Below, one piece after another: positions 28,801-38,149 of a DNA stretch of 64,000 bases. Numbering within the stretch: position 1 is the stretch's first letter; every line of letters starts with the position of its first letter. The stretch lies in the IMG/VR virus record IMGVR_UViG_3300043313_000272. The stretch is one strand, 5' to 3'. Origin of the DNA: an uncultured virus (IMG/VR IMGVR_UViG_3300043313_000272). Its lineage: Duplodnaviria; Heunggongvirae; Uroviricota; Caudoviricetes. Under the pieces are notes generated by a model. It ran no database searches and was not told where the DNA came from. It saw only the letters and a program-made list of their open reading frames with translations. The position numbers were made by a program, and so were the translations under genes.

Positions 28801-29341
28801 TCCAGTGGGCGTGAAGCGCTCCGATCCAGCCGTCGACGACGGGCGGCGGGCCGAGCAGCGGCGGGATGCCGTCGCCTTGCACCTCCGCGACCTGGGTGAG
28901 CGCCTCGGCGGCGAAGATGTCTGCGATGTACAGCTCGCCGCCGGGCCGGGTTTCGACCGCCACCGACTCGCCGAGGCCGGGCTGACGCATCCCGTCGGCC
29001 AGCACATCCTTCATGGAGTGCGGCACGACGATCGGGACCGCGTCGGCCTCGTCGACGTCGAACTCGACCATGGCGACCTTCACCGGGGCCGCCGGGTAGA
29101 TCTCGATCCGGTCGTCGACGTCGAGGGCGGCCACCAGCGGCGTGGCGAGGGTGATTACTGAGGTGTCGAAGTTGACCGCCGTGTAGCCGTACACCTCGCC
29201 GTCGATCGACAGCTGGCCGCCCGTCTCGTCGAAGGTCGGCGCGTACAGCACCTGGATCGAGGTGGCGCCGACGATCGCCGCGGCTGCCGCATTGTCGCCG
29301 GCGTTGGTGGTCGAGACGTCTGCGATGGTTCCGTAGATCAC
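25874..29341 (-). CDS. Minor tail / receptor-binding protein
   Basis: Fn3-like segment, beta-rich lectin-like middle, Gly-rich C-terminal domain (VQAGGGAGGG...GAGCVIVTEIY). Confidence 0.8.
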   Translation of the reverse strand: MIYGTIADVSTTNAGDNAAAAAIVGATSIQVLYAPTFDETGGQLSIDGEVYGYTAVNFDTSVITLATPLVAALDVDDRIEIYPAAPVKVAMVEFDVDEADAVPIVVPHSMKDVLADGMRQPGLGESVAVETRPGGELYIADIFAAEALTQVAEVQGDGIPPLLGPPPVVDGWIGALHAHWSPVENPDPVTYKVHLSTVNDFAPDATTLVATTGASSVTIKNTANDLPLAYDTTYYVKIVASDLDGDSPASPQGSAQMRPATNPDIAATFVYAGSVSADQITGGTIRGDLIYGGKLATGLSGARVEHDESGSTYFNPAGEPVIDLSTNSESTFKGSADINTLTVSGQAEIRGTGNKLTQGSKLELSSGAVSQGNPSTVPTVTQDWAVTPFTKAGDGTFNAANITSICWVSGLWVCGYRDGGSYRVYRFNPDGTYNSLGADAITSATALQTTQIVANGLCYSITSDNKIIRHKAMAGNYTHVWTDDFGASISGARWATIAGAVWDAGSGNGRAKLTDDSSIRTGFNNNMKDSFVSAKITRQSGTVGQDIFMNLREDVADAHLAEIKLEGTTLTFRSYEATTDIVEFTTSITYNATTHAYWKISEVDAAGGGGDLHFYTSADGVNWTERASWDHDFSIGEMDTAKLSIVGQDDGTPGLVFYVDEVRHGLNNEEKSFSFTPTNTDGDPFTIGNDGTSVLLAEHNNASSNDRLRVRTVNPVSMTVTDVETADDSVWAGPLVGILKGSFDFGASRVVTKQAASTSDWRVATSSAGGTRQTSQEFAASGILKGIGWDGSNFWGLSTNGSLYKHTTDTAAGAWLAGYTWYDSNATGGTHETMISPLNSFTRKRRARCTITSPSIPPGGGTDDPNGIRPYAGTSSGAMKLQSTPAAGVISVTYDVLGTGGAAPPGSNNFGAGGATPAQIVNPSNSLIISGDGTITAVSLVMTPRPGSIVRTVFTAGTTYNKPAAAKQFLIEVQAGGGAGGGAAATSAQGSGGGGGQGGGYACSLLAAAALGASETITVGAGGTGVSAGTGNTGGTSSFGSLVSATGGLGGQATGAGTTVGLQEGGFGTQTFTGQQTAVGQAGAVGGRLGGSDSFGGLGGSSRLGGGGRGRAGNNTGDVGGVYGGGGGGSTTGGTNAARAGAVGGAGCVIVTEIY

Positions 29342-30483
29342 CGCTTCCTCCTGATCCTGGCTGCGTTCGCGGAGATCTTTTTGATCGTGCCGTTGGTCTG
29401 GGCGCCCGCCTTGAGCGGGATCGCGAACTGGTCCTGCATCAGGTTCATCGACACGTCCGGGACGGACAGCAGGAACATGTCCCCGACCTCCAGGTGCGGG
29501 ATCACAAAGGAGTCGATGTCGAACCCGACGTTGGCGTTCTCCACCGTCTTCAGCAGGTCCTCAGCCGCCTGGTCGACCTCTTTCTGGGTGTCGTACGCGT
29601 CGTCCTCAGCCTCCTCCACCAGGTAGGTCTTCGTGCCGTTCCGGCCCAGCGCGGTCGGGGTCGAGCCGCCAGACGTCAAATACCTCTTGGCTGTCAGCTG
29701 CTTTTTGCCGGTCGGGGTGGCGCCCTTCACATAGGCGGTGTTGCGGATCTCATCGTGGTTGTAATCCAGCTTGGGCACGGACGTCAGAGTCGGCTCCGTG
29801 AACGCCCACACGGGCTTCGTGGGGCGATCGCGCATCCTGAGGACGCCGCGACCGTCGTACCAGAGCTGCCGCAGTTTCTTGTCGCCGGCGATGCCCTGGA
29901 GGAACTCCCACGGCTCGGTGTCGATCTTCACCGACTTCTCTTTGCTGAGCGTCCGGGACGTCGACGGAATGTCGAACCTGGTTTCCCCCATCAGCTTGGC
30001 GAAGCTGATGATGACCGAGCTGGCCCGCTCGCCCTTCTTGTAGGTCTTCGTCGTCCAGGCCAGGCGCGGCTTCATCAGCAGCTTCTCCTTGCCCTGGCAT
30101 TCCACGGAGACGATCGCGTCATCGCGCTTCGCCTTGGTCACCGGGCCACAGAAGATCGGGACGTCAACCCACTTGGGCAGCCACTCGGAGTAAACGGAGT
30201 AAACGATTCGGATCATCCGGTCGGCGTACAGCGCACCGTCGGCGGGGGAGGAGGTGTCGAAGCCGATCGCCTGGTCCGGGTCCAGCAGGGTCATGGAGGC
30301 CGAGGAGGTGACAGCCTCGTTGTAGTCGTAGTTCACCTGCCCGTCTTGCAGCATGGTGGAGACGTCGGCCAGATAGGCGTGGTTCAGATCCAGCACCTGG
30401 AGGGTGATCTTCAGCTGGTACCCGTTGTAGAGGCTGAATTCGAACAGCGCCTGCTCCGCCGCCGTCAGCCCCAAACTGATCAT
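29338..30483 (-). CDS. Minor tail (baseplate hub/Tal-like) protein
   Basis: WYDGRGVLRM, IRNTAYVKG, IPHLEVGD; second large gene after tape measure; start MISLG. Confidence 0.75.
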   Translation of the reverse strand: MISLGLTAAEQALFEFSLYNGYQLKITLQVLDLNHAYLADVSTMLQDGQVNYDYNEAVTSSASMTLLDPDQAIGFDTSSPADGALYADRMIRIVYSVYSEWLPKWVDVPIFCGPVTKAKRDDAIVSVECQGKEKLLMKPRLAWTTKTYKKGERASSVIISFAKLMGETRFDIPSTSRTLSKEKSVKIDTEPWEFLQGIAGDKKLRQLWYDGRGVLRMRDRPTKPVWAFTEPTLTSVPKLDYNHDEIRNTAYVKGATPTGKKQLTAKRYLTSGGSTPTALGRNGTKTYLVEEAEDDAYDTQKEVDQAAEDLLKTVENANVGFDIDSFVIPHLEVGDMFLLSVPDVSMNLMQDQFAIPLKAGAQTNGTIKKISANAARIRRKR

Positions 30484-33167
30484 GCGGTGCTCAGCATGCT
30501 CAGGATCGAGTCCTGCTGGTACGCCATGAAGCTGACCTTGATGACGGTCTTCCCGCCGATGCCGGAGACCTTGCCCAGTTTGAACTGCTGGCAGACAACC
30601 AGGAACGTGTAGTCGCTGATGGTGAGCCAGAACCGTTTCACCCGCAGCTGCCGCAGCTTGATGAGGTCGTCGCGCCACTGCTGCGCGGTGCGTCCGAACA
30701 CGTCCCACAGCTCGCCCTCGATCGGGGTCTCAATGCCGCCGAGTGTTTGGTTGATCGCGACCTTCGGCGAGTTGGGGGCGATGGCCTGCAGCACCACCCC
30801 TTCTTCCCCCAGCTCGAAGTCGCGGTCGGAGCGGCCACGGATGCACACCTCCAGGCCGGTGGTGGGGTCGCGCAGCCAGATGCTGTCGCTCGCCGTCGCG
30901 GTCGCCTGAGCCGTGGCATTGCTGGCGGAGGCAACGTTGTTGACCACCCGCTGCACCTCGTAGGTCAGCAGCCGCTTCGGGCTCGGCGAGTGGTCGGTGT
31001 AGGTGTAGGTGGTGCCAGACACCAGGAGGTCCGTCGGCAGCAGATCGGCGGCGATCACCTTGCCGTTGCGCAGGATGTTGAATGCATCGGGCATGGTCGC
31101 CGAGGTCCAGGTCAGGACGATCTTGGGCCGGATCAGGTCTGCGACGGCGGTGAGACCGGTGGTGCCGGTGGCTGGGCCGGGCACGTAGGTGAATAGTCGG
31201 ACCACCTCCACGTACGGCGTGTCGCCCGGCATGTTCTCGCGCTGCTTGGTGTCCCAGATGCGGACGGTGACCGTGTAGGTCGTGTTCGTCGGTTCGTTGA
31301 TCGCACCAGACGGCACGGTCAACGATGTGAGCGTTCCGGTGATCTTTTTGGTGTCCCAGTCGAGCACCTGGATGCCGTTCGCCAGATGCGTGATCTGCAC
31401 CTGGTAGGCGGCCTGGGTTTCACCCGTCAGCAGCCAGCTGATGGGCGGCGTCGCGTCCTCAACGACCGGGTTGACAGTTGAGCCCAGCTTCGTCGCGAGT
31501 GACGTCTCGCCGGCGTCCAGGCGTTCGGTGTAGCCGGTCGGAGGCGTCCACGTCTGCGCTGGGTTGAATGAGCCGCCGCCCCAGATCATGAGCCGGTCGG
31601 TGAGGGTGTTGAAGCCCAGCATTGGGCTGGTCTTGCTCGGGCTGGTGCCGAGAGCGTTGGTGATCCCCTCGAACGGGTTGCCGGTGGTGACGGCGCCGGT
31701 GATCCGATGCAGCGAGGCGCGCCGGTACAGCGATGCGTGAGTGAAGGTGACCGCGCCGGTCTCACCGCCGACTGCCCGCTTGTACCACCACTGCACCCGG
31801 AAGTCGTCTGCACCGTCGCCGAGCTGGTCGACCTCGGCGACCTTGGTCCAGGTGCCGTCTGGAGGCGTGACCGTCGACCCGTCCGGCTCGATGTACTGCT
31901 GCCACAGGAAGATGTCGTTCGCGACACCGGTGGCCGGATAGTTGCAGACCGAGGTGGTGCCGGTGCCGGCGGCCTGCGTGGTGGAGCTCTGCCACACGGG
32001 TGGCGTTCCGCCGACTGCTGGCAGGAGCGAGCCGAGGATGGCCGCCTGCCAGGCGGTGACCGTGCCCGTCCCGTAGACGGGGGCGCCGGTGGGCGGGTTG
32101 AAAACCGTCAGGACGCCCTTGATGTCGCGGGTGAACAGGGCCGCCGTCGAGTAGACCGACCAGGCACCGCCACCGTCGCGGAACCGGATCCGCCAGTAGA
32201 TGGAGGCCCCGTCTGCCAGAGCGGCGAAGCTGCGGGTGATGGTGGCCGGGTTGGTGCCGGATCCGCCGGCAGCCGCCGAGATGGTCGCCGAGGTCCCGGA
32301 GGCGACGGCGGTGATCGTCGCGCCGCCCGGGATGTTAGTCCCGACGATGGTGGCGCCGACGTCGGCCTGCTCGAACGTGGCCACAGCTGCGGTGATCGTG
32401 GTCGTGCCGTTGGTGATGACCGAGACTGTCCGCGGCCACGATCCGTTCAGGTCCAGCTCAGGCACCGAGCTGAGCACCGCACCGGAGTCGAAGCTGGGGG
32501 CGGTCCAGACGTCTGTCGCATTCGCCTGGACTTGGACGGCGGCGAGCGTGGTGTTGCCGGAGACGTCCTTAAAGGTGGCTCGGACGATCGGCTTGGCGAC
32601 GCTCACCGCGCGACCGCCGGAGGGGCTCATCCCGACCGGGATGGACGGCTGGTCGGACCAGTAGACCTCCAGGCGGGGGCGCAGCGACGCGTCCGGCCAT
32701 ATCTCGGAGTACATCCAGAGGACGTTGTCCTCGAACGTGGTGGGGATGATCCGGTAGCCGCCCCAGAAGCCACCGTTGGCCGCGGTCTGCATCCAGTCGG
32801 TGACGTCGAGCCGCCACTCCGTTTTGTCCGCCCACGGGGTCGACTTGCTGATCGTCTTGTCCCCGGAGATGAACGTTGTAGGCCGGGTGTTGTAGGTCAT
32901 CTTCGACGCCGAAAACGTCTTGTCGAGGCGGGTGAACTTGAAGCCGCGCGACCCGCCAGCCGACGGCTCGTCCAGGGTGTAGAAGACGATCTCGGCCAGC
33001 AGGATGTTGACCCCGTTGGGGAACGGCTTTGAGAACCACAGGTAGGTGTTGACGTCCGTGTTGGTGAAGTCCCGGACGGGCAGCTTCGTATACGCGTCGT
33101 AGTTGGTGCTCGGGTGCTCCTCCTTAACCTGGGTCGCGAGCGCGTTGTTGATGACTGCGCTACCCAT
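30480..33167 (-). CDS. Minor tail protein (Dit-like position) with accessory carbohydrate-binding-like domains
   Basis: N-terminal DNRLRE-like domain (PSTNY...LDVTDW...RPRLEVYW), Ig-like segments; start MGSAV. Confidence 0.75.
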   Translation of the reverse strand: MGSAVINNALATQVKEEHPSTNYDAYTKLPVRDFTNTDVNTYLWFSKPFPNGVNILLAEIVFYTLDEPSAGGSRGFKFTRLDKTFSASKMTYNTRPTTFISGDKTISKSTPWADKTEWRLDVTDWMQTAANGGFWGGYRIIPTTFEDNVLWMYSEIWPDASLRPRLEVYWSDQPSIPVGMSPSGGRAVSVAKPIVRATFKDVSGNTTLAAVQVQANATDVWTAPSFDSGAVLSSVPELDLNGSWPRTVSVITNGTTTITAAVATFEQADVGATIVGTNIPGGATITAVASGTSATISAAAGGSGTNPATITRSFAALADGASIYWRIRFRDGGGAWSVYSTAALFTRDIKGVLTVFNPPTGAPVYGTGTVTAWQAAILGSLLPAVGGTPPVWQSSTTQAAGTGTTSVCNYPATGVANDIFLWQQYIEPDGSTVTPPDGTWTKVAEVDQLGDGADDFRVQWWYKRAVGGETGAVTFTHASLYRRASLHRITGAVTTGNPFEGITNALGTSPSKTSPMLGFNTLTDRLMIWGGGSFNPAQTWTPPTGYTERLDAGETSLATKLGSTVNPVVEDATPPISWLLTGETQAAYQVQITHLANGIQVLDWDTKKITGTLTSLTVPSGAINEPTNTTYTVTVRIWDTKQRENMPGDTPYVEVVRLFTYVPGPATGTTGLTAVADLIRPKIVLTWTSATMPDAFNILRNGKVIAADLLPTDLLVSGTTYTYTDHSPSPKRLLTYEVQRVVNNVASASNATAQATATASDSIWLRDPTTGLEVCIRGRSDRDFELGEEGVVLQAIAPNSPKVAINQTLGGIETPIEGELWDVFGRTAQQWRDDLIKLRQLRVKRFWLTISDYTFLVVCQQFKLGKVSGIGGKTVIKVSFMAYQQDSILSMLSTA

Positions 33168-33307
33168 TACGCCGCCACCTCCCGGCAGGCCTCGCACACG
33201 TCGCGCTGGTCCGGCTCGTGCTCGTGCTCGGTCACGTCGTCCTCCAGCCAGTGGTCATCGCCCCGGCATCTCGGGTTGCAGTGGGGGACGTGGACGGCTC
33301 TGATCAT
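33167..33307 (-). CDS. 46-aa Cys/His-rich protein
   Basis: MIRAVHVPHCNPRC...HEHE...CEACREVAA; ATGA and TAATG overlaps on either side. Confidence 0.55.
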   Translation of the reverse strand: MIRAVHVPHCNPRCRGDDHWLEDDVTEHEHEPDQRDVCEACREVAA

Positions 33308-36300
33308 CTGCTGGCCCTTCCGACTGATGCGTGGAACTCGTCGTTCTCGTCGATGACGCCCTGGATCTTCTGGACCAGCCCGTCACCCATGTCGATGTGG
33401 ATCGCGATCGGGCGGCGCTCCATCACCGCCGAGGCTCCGATGACTCGGGGGCGCCGCAGGGCGCTGGTCGGCAGGCGGGTCGGGTCGGACGGCGAGCGGG
33501 CCGCCATCGACTCGATCCGGGACAGGTAGTCGAGCGTCTTGCGGTTGGTCTGGACCTGCGTGCCACCCGGCAGCCGGCCCAGCTCAGGCCCCTGCTCGCC
33601 CATCAGGTAGGTGCCGGCGTTGGCGTGGCGGGTGCCTCTCGCGAGACCGTTGCCGCCGCGGCGGTAGTCCTGCGCCTGCCAGATTCCGGAGCCCTTCGGG
33701 TAGCCGTACCCGGGCAGCGGCACACCGTGGATGTGGTGGCCCCACGGCCCCTGTGAGGGCGTGCGGTGCCAGGCGGCTACGTGGGCACCACGCAGGCCTC
33801 GCAGGACGGCAGGGCGCCAGCTCGTGTCGATGGCGTCCCCTGCGTGGCTGGTGCCGGAGAAGCTCGTACGGGGCCGCCAGCCGCCTTGGATGACGTTGAT
33901 CGCGGAGCGCGACAGCGCCTGCGCCACCCGGAGGGTACGGACGAACCGTTCGGTGAACGTGCCGCCCTTCCACCTGACCCGCTTGCGGGATCCGGATCCG
34001 CCAGGCCCGAGGCCGATGCCCGGGCCGGGGATGGCCTTCGCGAGGTGCTTGGTCAGGTACTCCTTCGTGTATTTGGCGATCAGCATGTCGCCGGTCTTCT
34101 CGATTTTGTTGTGGTCCCTGACCGCCGCGTTGCCCATGTTCGGCGAGTCGCCCGTGTAGGTCACCTTGGTCGAGTGGCCGGCGCCGGTGTTCAGGTGCAT
34201 GCCGCGTTGCTTGGAGCCTTTCTGCACCGCCCCGCCGGCGCGGTAGCCCTTCAGCAGACCCTTCTTGGCGTCCTGCCGCATCCGCTCCATGACGTTGTGG
34301 CCGCCAGCCGCCGCCACCTCTTCGGGGGTCCAGACGTGCTCGTCGACGCGCAGCATCGTCGGCACCGTGTCGTACCTTTGCCGGCCCTTCCCGACGGTGT
34401 CGTAGATCCGGCCACCCTTGTCCCGGTGCCCGAAGTACTCGCCGACGAAGCTCGACTTGTACCCGTCGACGCCGGTGCGGAAGTTGATCGTGTAGGAGTT
34501 TTTCTCGTCCTCCAGCGCCCGGATCCGCTCCTTCAGCTTTTTGATCTCCCCCAGCGCATCTTTCAGCCCGGGGGTCAGGTACTTGGTCTTCAGCTCCTTC
34601 GGGGTCAAGATCATCTGGTCGACCATTTTCTTGGCCTCTTTGCGGTTGCCGGTGGCAGCCGTCATCGAGTCGATGAGCCGTTTCCGTCCGATTTTGAGCG
34701 CGTCGCTGGCCTCGTGGGTTTTCTTCGTGACGTTCTTGGTGGTCAGCCCGTCCTTGTAGTTGGCAGTGATCTTGTCGTTGAGCGCCTTGACCGCGGTGCG
34801 CACCATCTCCCGGTTCGCGAGGCCCTTCGCGGTGTGGTCCGACAGCGCCTTGGTGCCGCCCTTCATCTCCTTCTTGACCCGGATCAGGGCACCCTCGAAC
34901 GCGTCGTTGGCCTCCTGGCTGGACAGCGTGTCGCCGCGGAGGATGGAGAAACTGTTGGACAGCTTGTCGATCTCCCCGTCGAGATTCTTCGAGGCCGTCT
35001 GGAGCCGCTTCTGCGTATCGACCAGCTGCTCCTGCTTCTGGGCGGCGGTGAGTGACGCGTTGCCCATGGTGTTCGTCGCAGTGGCTGCCCCGGACTGCGC
35101 CTCCCGTGCCTGGCGGGCGAGGCGGATGGCTTCCTGCTCCTGCTGCGACTGGTTGCCTAGTGCCTTGGACAGGTTCTCTGCGTCGTTGCGCCGGTTCGAG
35201 TTGGCCTCCGACAGGCCCGGGTTCAGGGCCAGGTTCTCGGCGAGCACCTTGTTGACGGCGTCGATGGCCTCCTGGTTGCCCAGCACGGCGTCGGTGACGG
35301 TGCGGGAGGACAGCCCGAGCCGGTTGGCCATGTCGAGGGCGCCGGCCTGCTGTAGCCGGTTCACCACCCAGGCGCGGGAGGACTTGTCGACTGCGACCGT
35401 CTGCCGGTTGATCTCCCCTTCCATGCTGCCGATGACGTCGGACAGCTCCTGCGCCTCCTGCTTGAACTCGCGCATCCGCTCCTTGGCGTCCAGGTGCTTC
35501 TTGACGAAGAACCCGAGCACCAGGGCGGCGGCGGCGAACGCGATGCCCCACGGACCTTTGAGGAACTTCGCGACGGAGCCGAGCGACCCGAGCAGCCCGC
35601 CTTTGATCTTGGCGCCGGAGGCGAGCGCAGCCTCCCCGTACAGCTGCATCCAGATGATGCCGTTTTTGATGGCCCCGGTCGTGACGACGAAGGCGGTGTG
35701 CATGGCCTTCACCACGCCGATCAGCTTGGCCAGGATGAACAGGCCGGGCCCGACGACGGCGGCGATCTCCAGCAGCGCCAGGATCATCCGGGTTATCCGG
35801 GGGTGCTCGTCGGCGAACCCGCGTACCCCGTTGATCAGCTTGGTGAAGAAATCGATGATCCCGTTGAGGTCGCCCTGCTGGAGCTGCACCAGCGCGATCG
35901 CCAGCGACTCGACCGAGCCCTTCAGGTTGTCGATCTTCTGGGCGGTGGTCTTCTGGAAGGCGGCCCCGATTTTCTTCGCCATGCCATCGCTGGCCAGGTT
36001 CAGCGCCGACACTGCCTCGACGGCGTCGACTGAGGTGGCGACGAACTTGTCACCCTGGGTGTGTGCCTTCACGAAGGCGTTCGCACCGTCGCGGCCCATC
36101 TTGACCGCCAGCCCGTCGGTGAGCCGGGTGAGCTTGTCGGTTTCCTTGTTGATGTCGATGATCAGCGGCTTGCCGTCGGACATGGCGAGGGAGAAGGCCT
36201 TTGCACCCTCCACCCCGAAGATCACCCGGGTCGCGTAGTCCTGGAAGGCTTTCCCGCCTTGGGAGATCGCCTGCTGAGCCTGCTGCGCGACGCGGAGTGT

Positions 36301-37272
36301 GGTGCCGTTCTCCTTGGCCCACTGCTTCAGCTCCTCGTTGTTCAGCCCGATGAGCTTCCGGTACTTGTCGAGCCCCGGGTTGCCCTCCTGGAGGCCGACC
36401 TTGATCTCGCGGATCAGGTCGGGCAGCGGGCGCATGTTGCCCTCTGCGTCCCGCAGCTTCAGCCCCAGGTCCTCGATCAGGTTGGCCGCTTTCGCGGACT
36501 GTGGGGCGGCCAGGGCGGCGAGGCCCTGGCGGATTGCGACACCAGCTGAGGCTGCCGGCACACCCATGTCGACCAGCCGGCCAACGACGGCCAGGGTGTC
36601 TTCGAGCGACTGGTGGAACCGCGGCCCTACCTCGCCTACCTGGCCCATGGCGTCCTGCACGTCCTGCAGGCTGAGCGCCGTGGTGTTGAGGCTGTTCGTC
36701 AGCACGTCCGCCACATGCCCGGCCCGCTCGGCTGGGATGTTGAAAGCGTTCATGATCTTCGCCGTGGTGTCGGCGGTCTGCCCCAGATCCTCGTTAGCCG
36801 CCTGTGCCGCCAGGGTCACGGCGGGCAGGGTCTTCATGGAGTCTTCGGCGTTCATGCCGGCGGCGGCTAGCCGGTCCATGCCCTCGGCTGCCTGGGTGGC
36901 TGAGAACTTCGTCTGGGCGCCGACGTCGAGGGCGACCTTCTTCATCCGCTCCAGCTGCGCCGCACTTGCGTCGCTTTTGCTTCCGGCTGACACGATCGCG
37001 GTCTCGAATTTGGCGAAGGTCCGCACCCCGGCGGCACCCATCAGCACCAGTGGCGCCGTCACACCGAGGGTCAGCGACTTACCGATGTGCTCGATCGCAG
37101 GCTTGGCGATCAGCGCACCCCGGGCAACCTTGGTTCCGAACGATGAGCCTGCGACACCCAGTTTCTCGGCTTCGCGGCGCGCGTCGGTGAAGCTCTTGCC
37201 CAGCAGCTTCCCGCCCCGGATGGCGCTGCCGTAATCGGCGACGGTGCGGAAGACGGCGGTGAAGGTGCTCAC
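33304..37272 (-). CDS. Tape measure protein with C-terminal peptidase-like domain
   Basis: 1322 aa; TP901-type core (TKFSATQAAEG..LAAAG); C-terminal QGG...SGTSHAGDAID...AAWHR...HHIHGV. Confidence 0.93.
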   Translation of the reverse strand: MSTFTAVFRTVADYGSAIRGGKLLGKSFTDARREAEKLGVAGSSFGTKVARGALIAKPAIEHIGKSLTLGVTAPLVLMGAAGVRTFAKFETAIVSAGSKSDASAAQLERMKKVALDVGAQTKFSATQAAEGMDRLAAAGMNAEDSMKTLPAVTLAAQAANEDLGQTADTTAKIMNAFNIPAERAGHVADVLTNSLNTTALSLQDVQDAMGQVGEVGPRFHQSLEDTLAVVGRLVDMGVPAASAGVAIRQGLAALAAPQSAKAANLIEDLGLKLRDAEGNMRPLPDLIREIKVGLQEGNPGLDKYRKLIGLNNEELKQWAKENGTTLRVAQQAQQAISQGGKAFQDYATRVIFGVEGAKAFSLAMSDGKPLIIDINKETDKLTRLTDGLAVKMGRDGANAFVKAHTQGDKFVATSVDAVEAVSALNLASDGMAKKIGAAFQKTTAQKIDNLKGSVESLAIALVQLQQGDLNGIIDFFTKLINGVRGFADEHPRITRMILALLEIAAVVGPGLFILAKLIGVVKAMHTAFVVTTGAIKNGIIWMQLYGEAALASGAKIKGGLLGSLGSVAKFLKGPWGIAFAAAALVLGFFVKKHLDAKERMREFKQEAQELSDVIGSMEGEINRQTVAVDKSSRAWVVNRLQQAGALDMANRLGLSSRTVTDAVLGNQEAIDAVNKVLAENLALNPGLSEANSNRRNDAENLSKALGNQSQQEQEAIRLARQAREAQSGAATATNTMGNASLTAAQKQEQLVDTQKRLQTASKNLDGEIDKLSNSFSILRGDTLSSQEANDAFEGALIRVKKEMKGGTKALSDHTAKGLANREMVRTAVKALNDKITANYKDGLTTKNVTKKTHEASDALKIGRKRLIDSMTAATGNRKEAKKMVDQMILTPKELKTKYLTPGLKDALGEIKKLKERIRALEDEKNSYTINFRTGVDGYKSSFVGEYFGHRDKGGRIYDTVGKGRQRYDTVPTMLRVDEHVWTPEEVAAAGGHNVMERMRQDAKKGLLKGYRAGGAVQKGSKQRGMHLNTGAGHSTKVTYTGDSPNMGNAAVRDHNKIEKTGDMLIAKYTKEYLTKHLAKAIPGPGIGLGPGGSGSRKRVRWKGGTFTERFVRTLRVAQALSRSAINVIQGGWRPRTSFSGTSHAGDAIDTSWRPAVLRGLRGAHVAAWHRTPSQGPWGHHIHGVPLPGYGYPKGSGIWQAQDYRRGGNGLARGTRHANAGTYLMGEQGPELGRLPGGTQVQTNRKTLDYLSRIESMAARSPSDPTRLPTSALRRPRVIGASAVMERRPIAIHIDMGDGLVQKIQGVIDENDEFHASVGRASR

Positions 37273-37748
37273 AGTAAGCCCCGTTCCCTTCTCAGCTCGT
37301 CCGCCCGAGCCTGGATGACCGAGTAGTCGACCATCGGTGGCCCGAACCGAGCGGTGGCTTGCTCGACTGATGATGTCGACTGGCCGCCACCTGCCAGTTC
37401 CTGCGTTTCTTGCTCCTCGCTGGCCTCTGCGTAGAGCTGCCAGCCAGCCGTCTGCTTACTTGCGTCTGTGGCCCCACCTGCGGCCAGCACTGCCGTCATG
37501 AGAGCCCGTGTGGAGCGCTCCTGGATGTCGACGTCGCGCTGCCACTTCTCGTGCTGCCGTTCCCAGATGACCTCTCGGATCTGACGCATCCGGGTGAGCG
37601 TCAGGTCCAGGATCTGGTCGTCGGTCCATCCGTATTCGCCGCTGATCAGGTCGAAGGATCGGGCGAAAGGTCGGGCTCCCCATCCGCTGGCTTCTCCTTC
37701 TTCGGAAACGCCTTCTGGACCGTCGCCGTCAGGCCCTTCGCTTTTCCC
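37269..37748 (-). CDS. Tail assembly chaperone, -1 frameshift extension
   Basis: -1 frame is open from GGGAAAA (37742-37748) through FDLISGEYGWTDDQILDLTLTRMRQ to the stop at 37269. Confidence 0.7.
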   Translation of the reverse strand, partial: GKSEGPDGDGPEGVSEEGEASGWGARPFARSFDLISGEYGWTDDQILDLTLTRMRQIREVIWERQHEKWQRDVDIQERSTRALMTAVLAAGGATDASKQTAGWQLYAEASEEQETQELAGGGQSTSSVEQATARFGPPMVDYSVIQARADELRRERGLL

Positions 37749-38134
37749 AGTATCGAAACCAGGTTGTCCTGCTCCTGATCGAGCAGGGTGTTGATGATGT
37801 CGAGGGCGTCAGCGACCTCCGGGTTGTCCAACTCCCCGCGCAGCTGCTCAGCCTGATCGGGGTTGACGGGCTCGACCACCGTCTTCAGGAACTCCAGCGA
37901 CTCCTCGGCGGCGGCGGCGACCGACACGATCAGCACGCCGACAAGTTCGCCCTTTAGCTCGTCCGGGTCGTCGAACGACAGCCCCTCCAGGTTCCAGCCC
38001 ATGCCGCCGGCCATGATGCGGGCAAGCAGCAGGACCTCGCGGATCCGGATGTGCTTGACACGGCAGGGGATGCCGCCGACGGTCAGCTGGCCCTCTTCGG
38101 GCGCGATCGCTTCCAGGTCTTGCAGTGCACTCAC
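37646..38134 (-). CDS. Tail assembly chaperone
   Basis: Between major tail and tape measure; contains in-frame G GGA AAA slippery site. Confidence 0.8.
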   Translation of the reverse strand: MSALQDLEAIAPEEGQLTVGGIPCRVKHIRIREVLLLARIMAGGMGWNLEGLSFDDPDELKGELVGVLIVSVAAAAEESLEFLKTVVEPVNPDQAEQLRGELDNPEVADALDIINTLLDQEQDNLVSILGKAKGLTATVQKAFPKKEKPADGEPDLSPDPST

Positions 38135-38149
38135 GGTGCTCTCCTTTGC

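Noticed and set aside
25874..29341. Diversity-generating retroelement target
   Set aside because: No reverse transcriptase and no template/variable repeat pair seen
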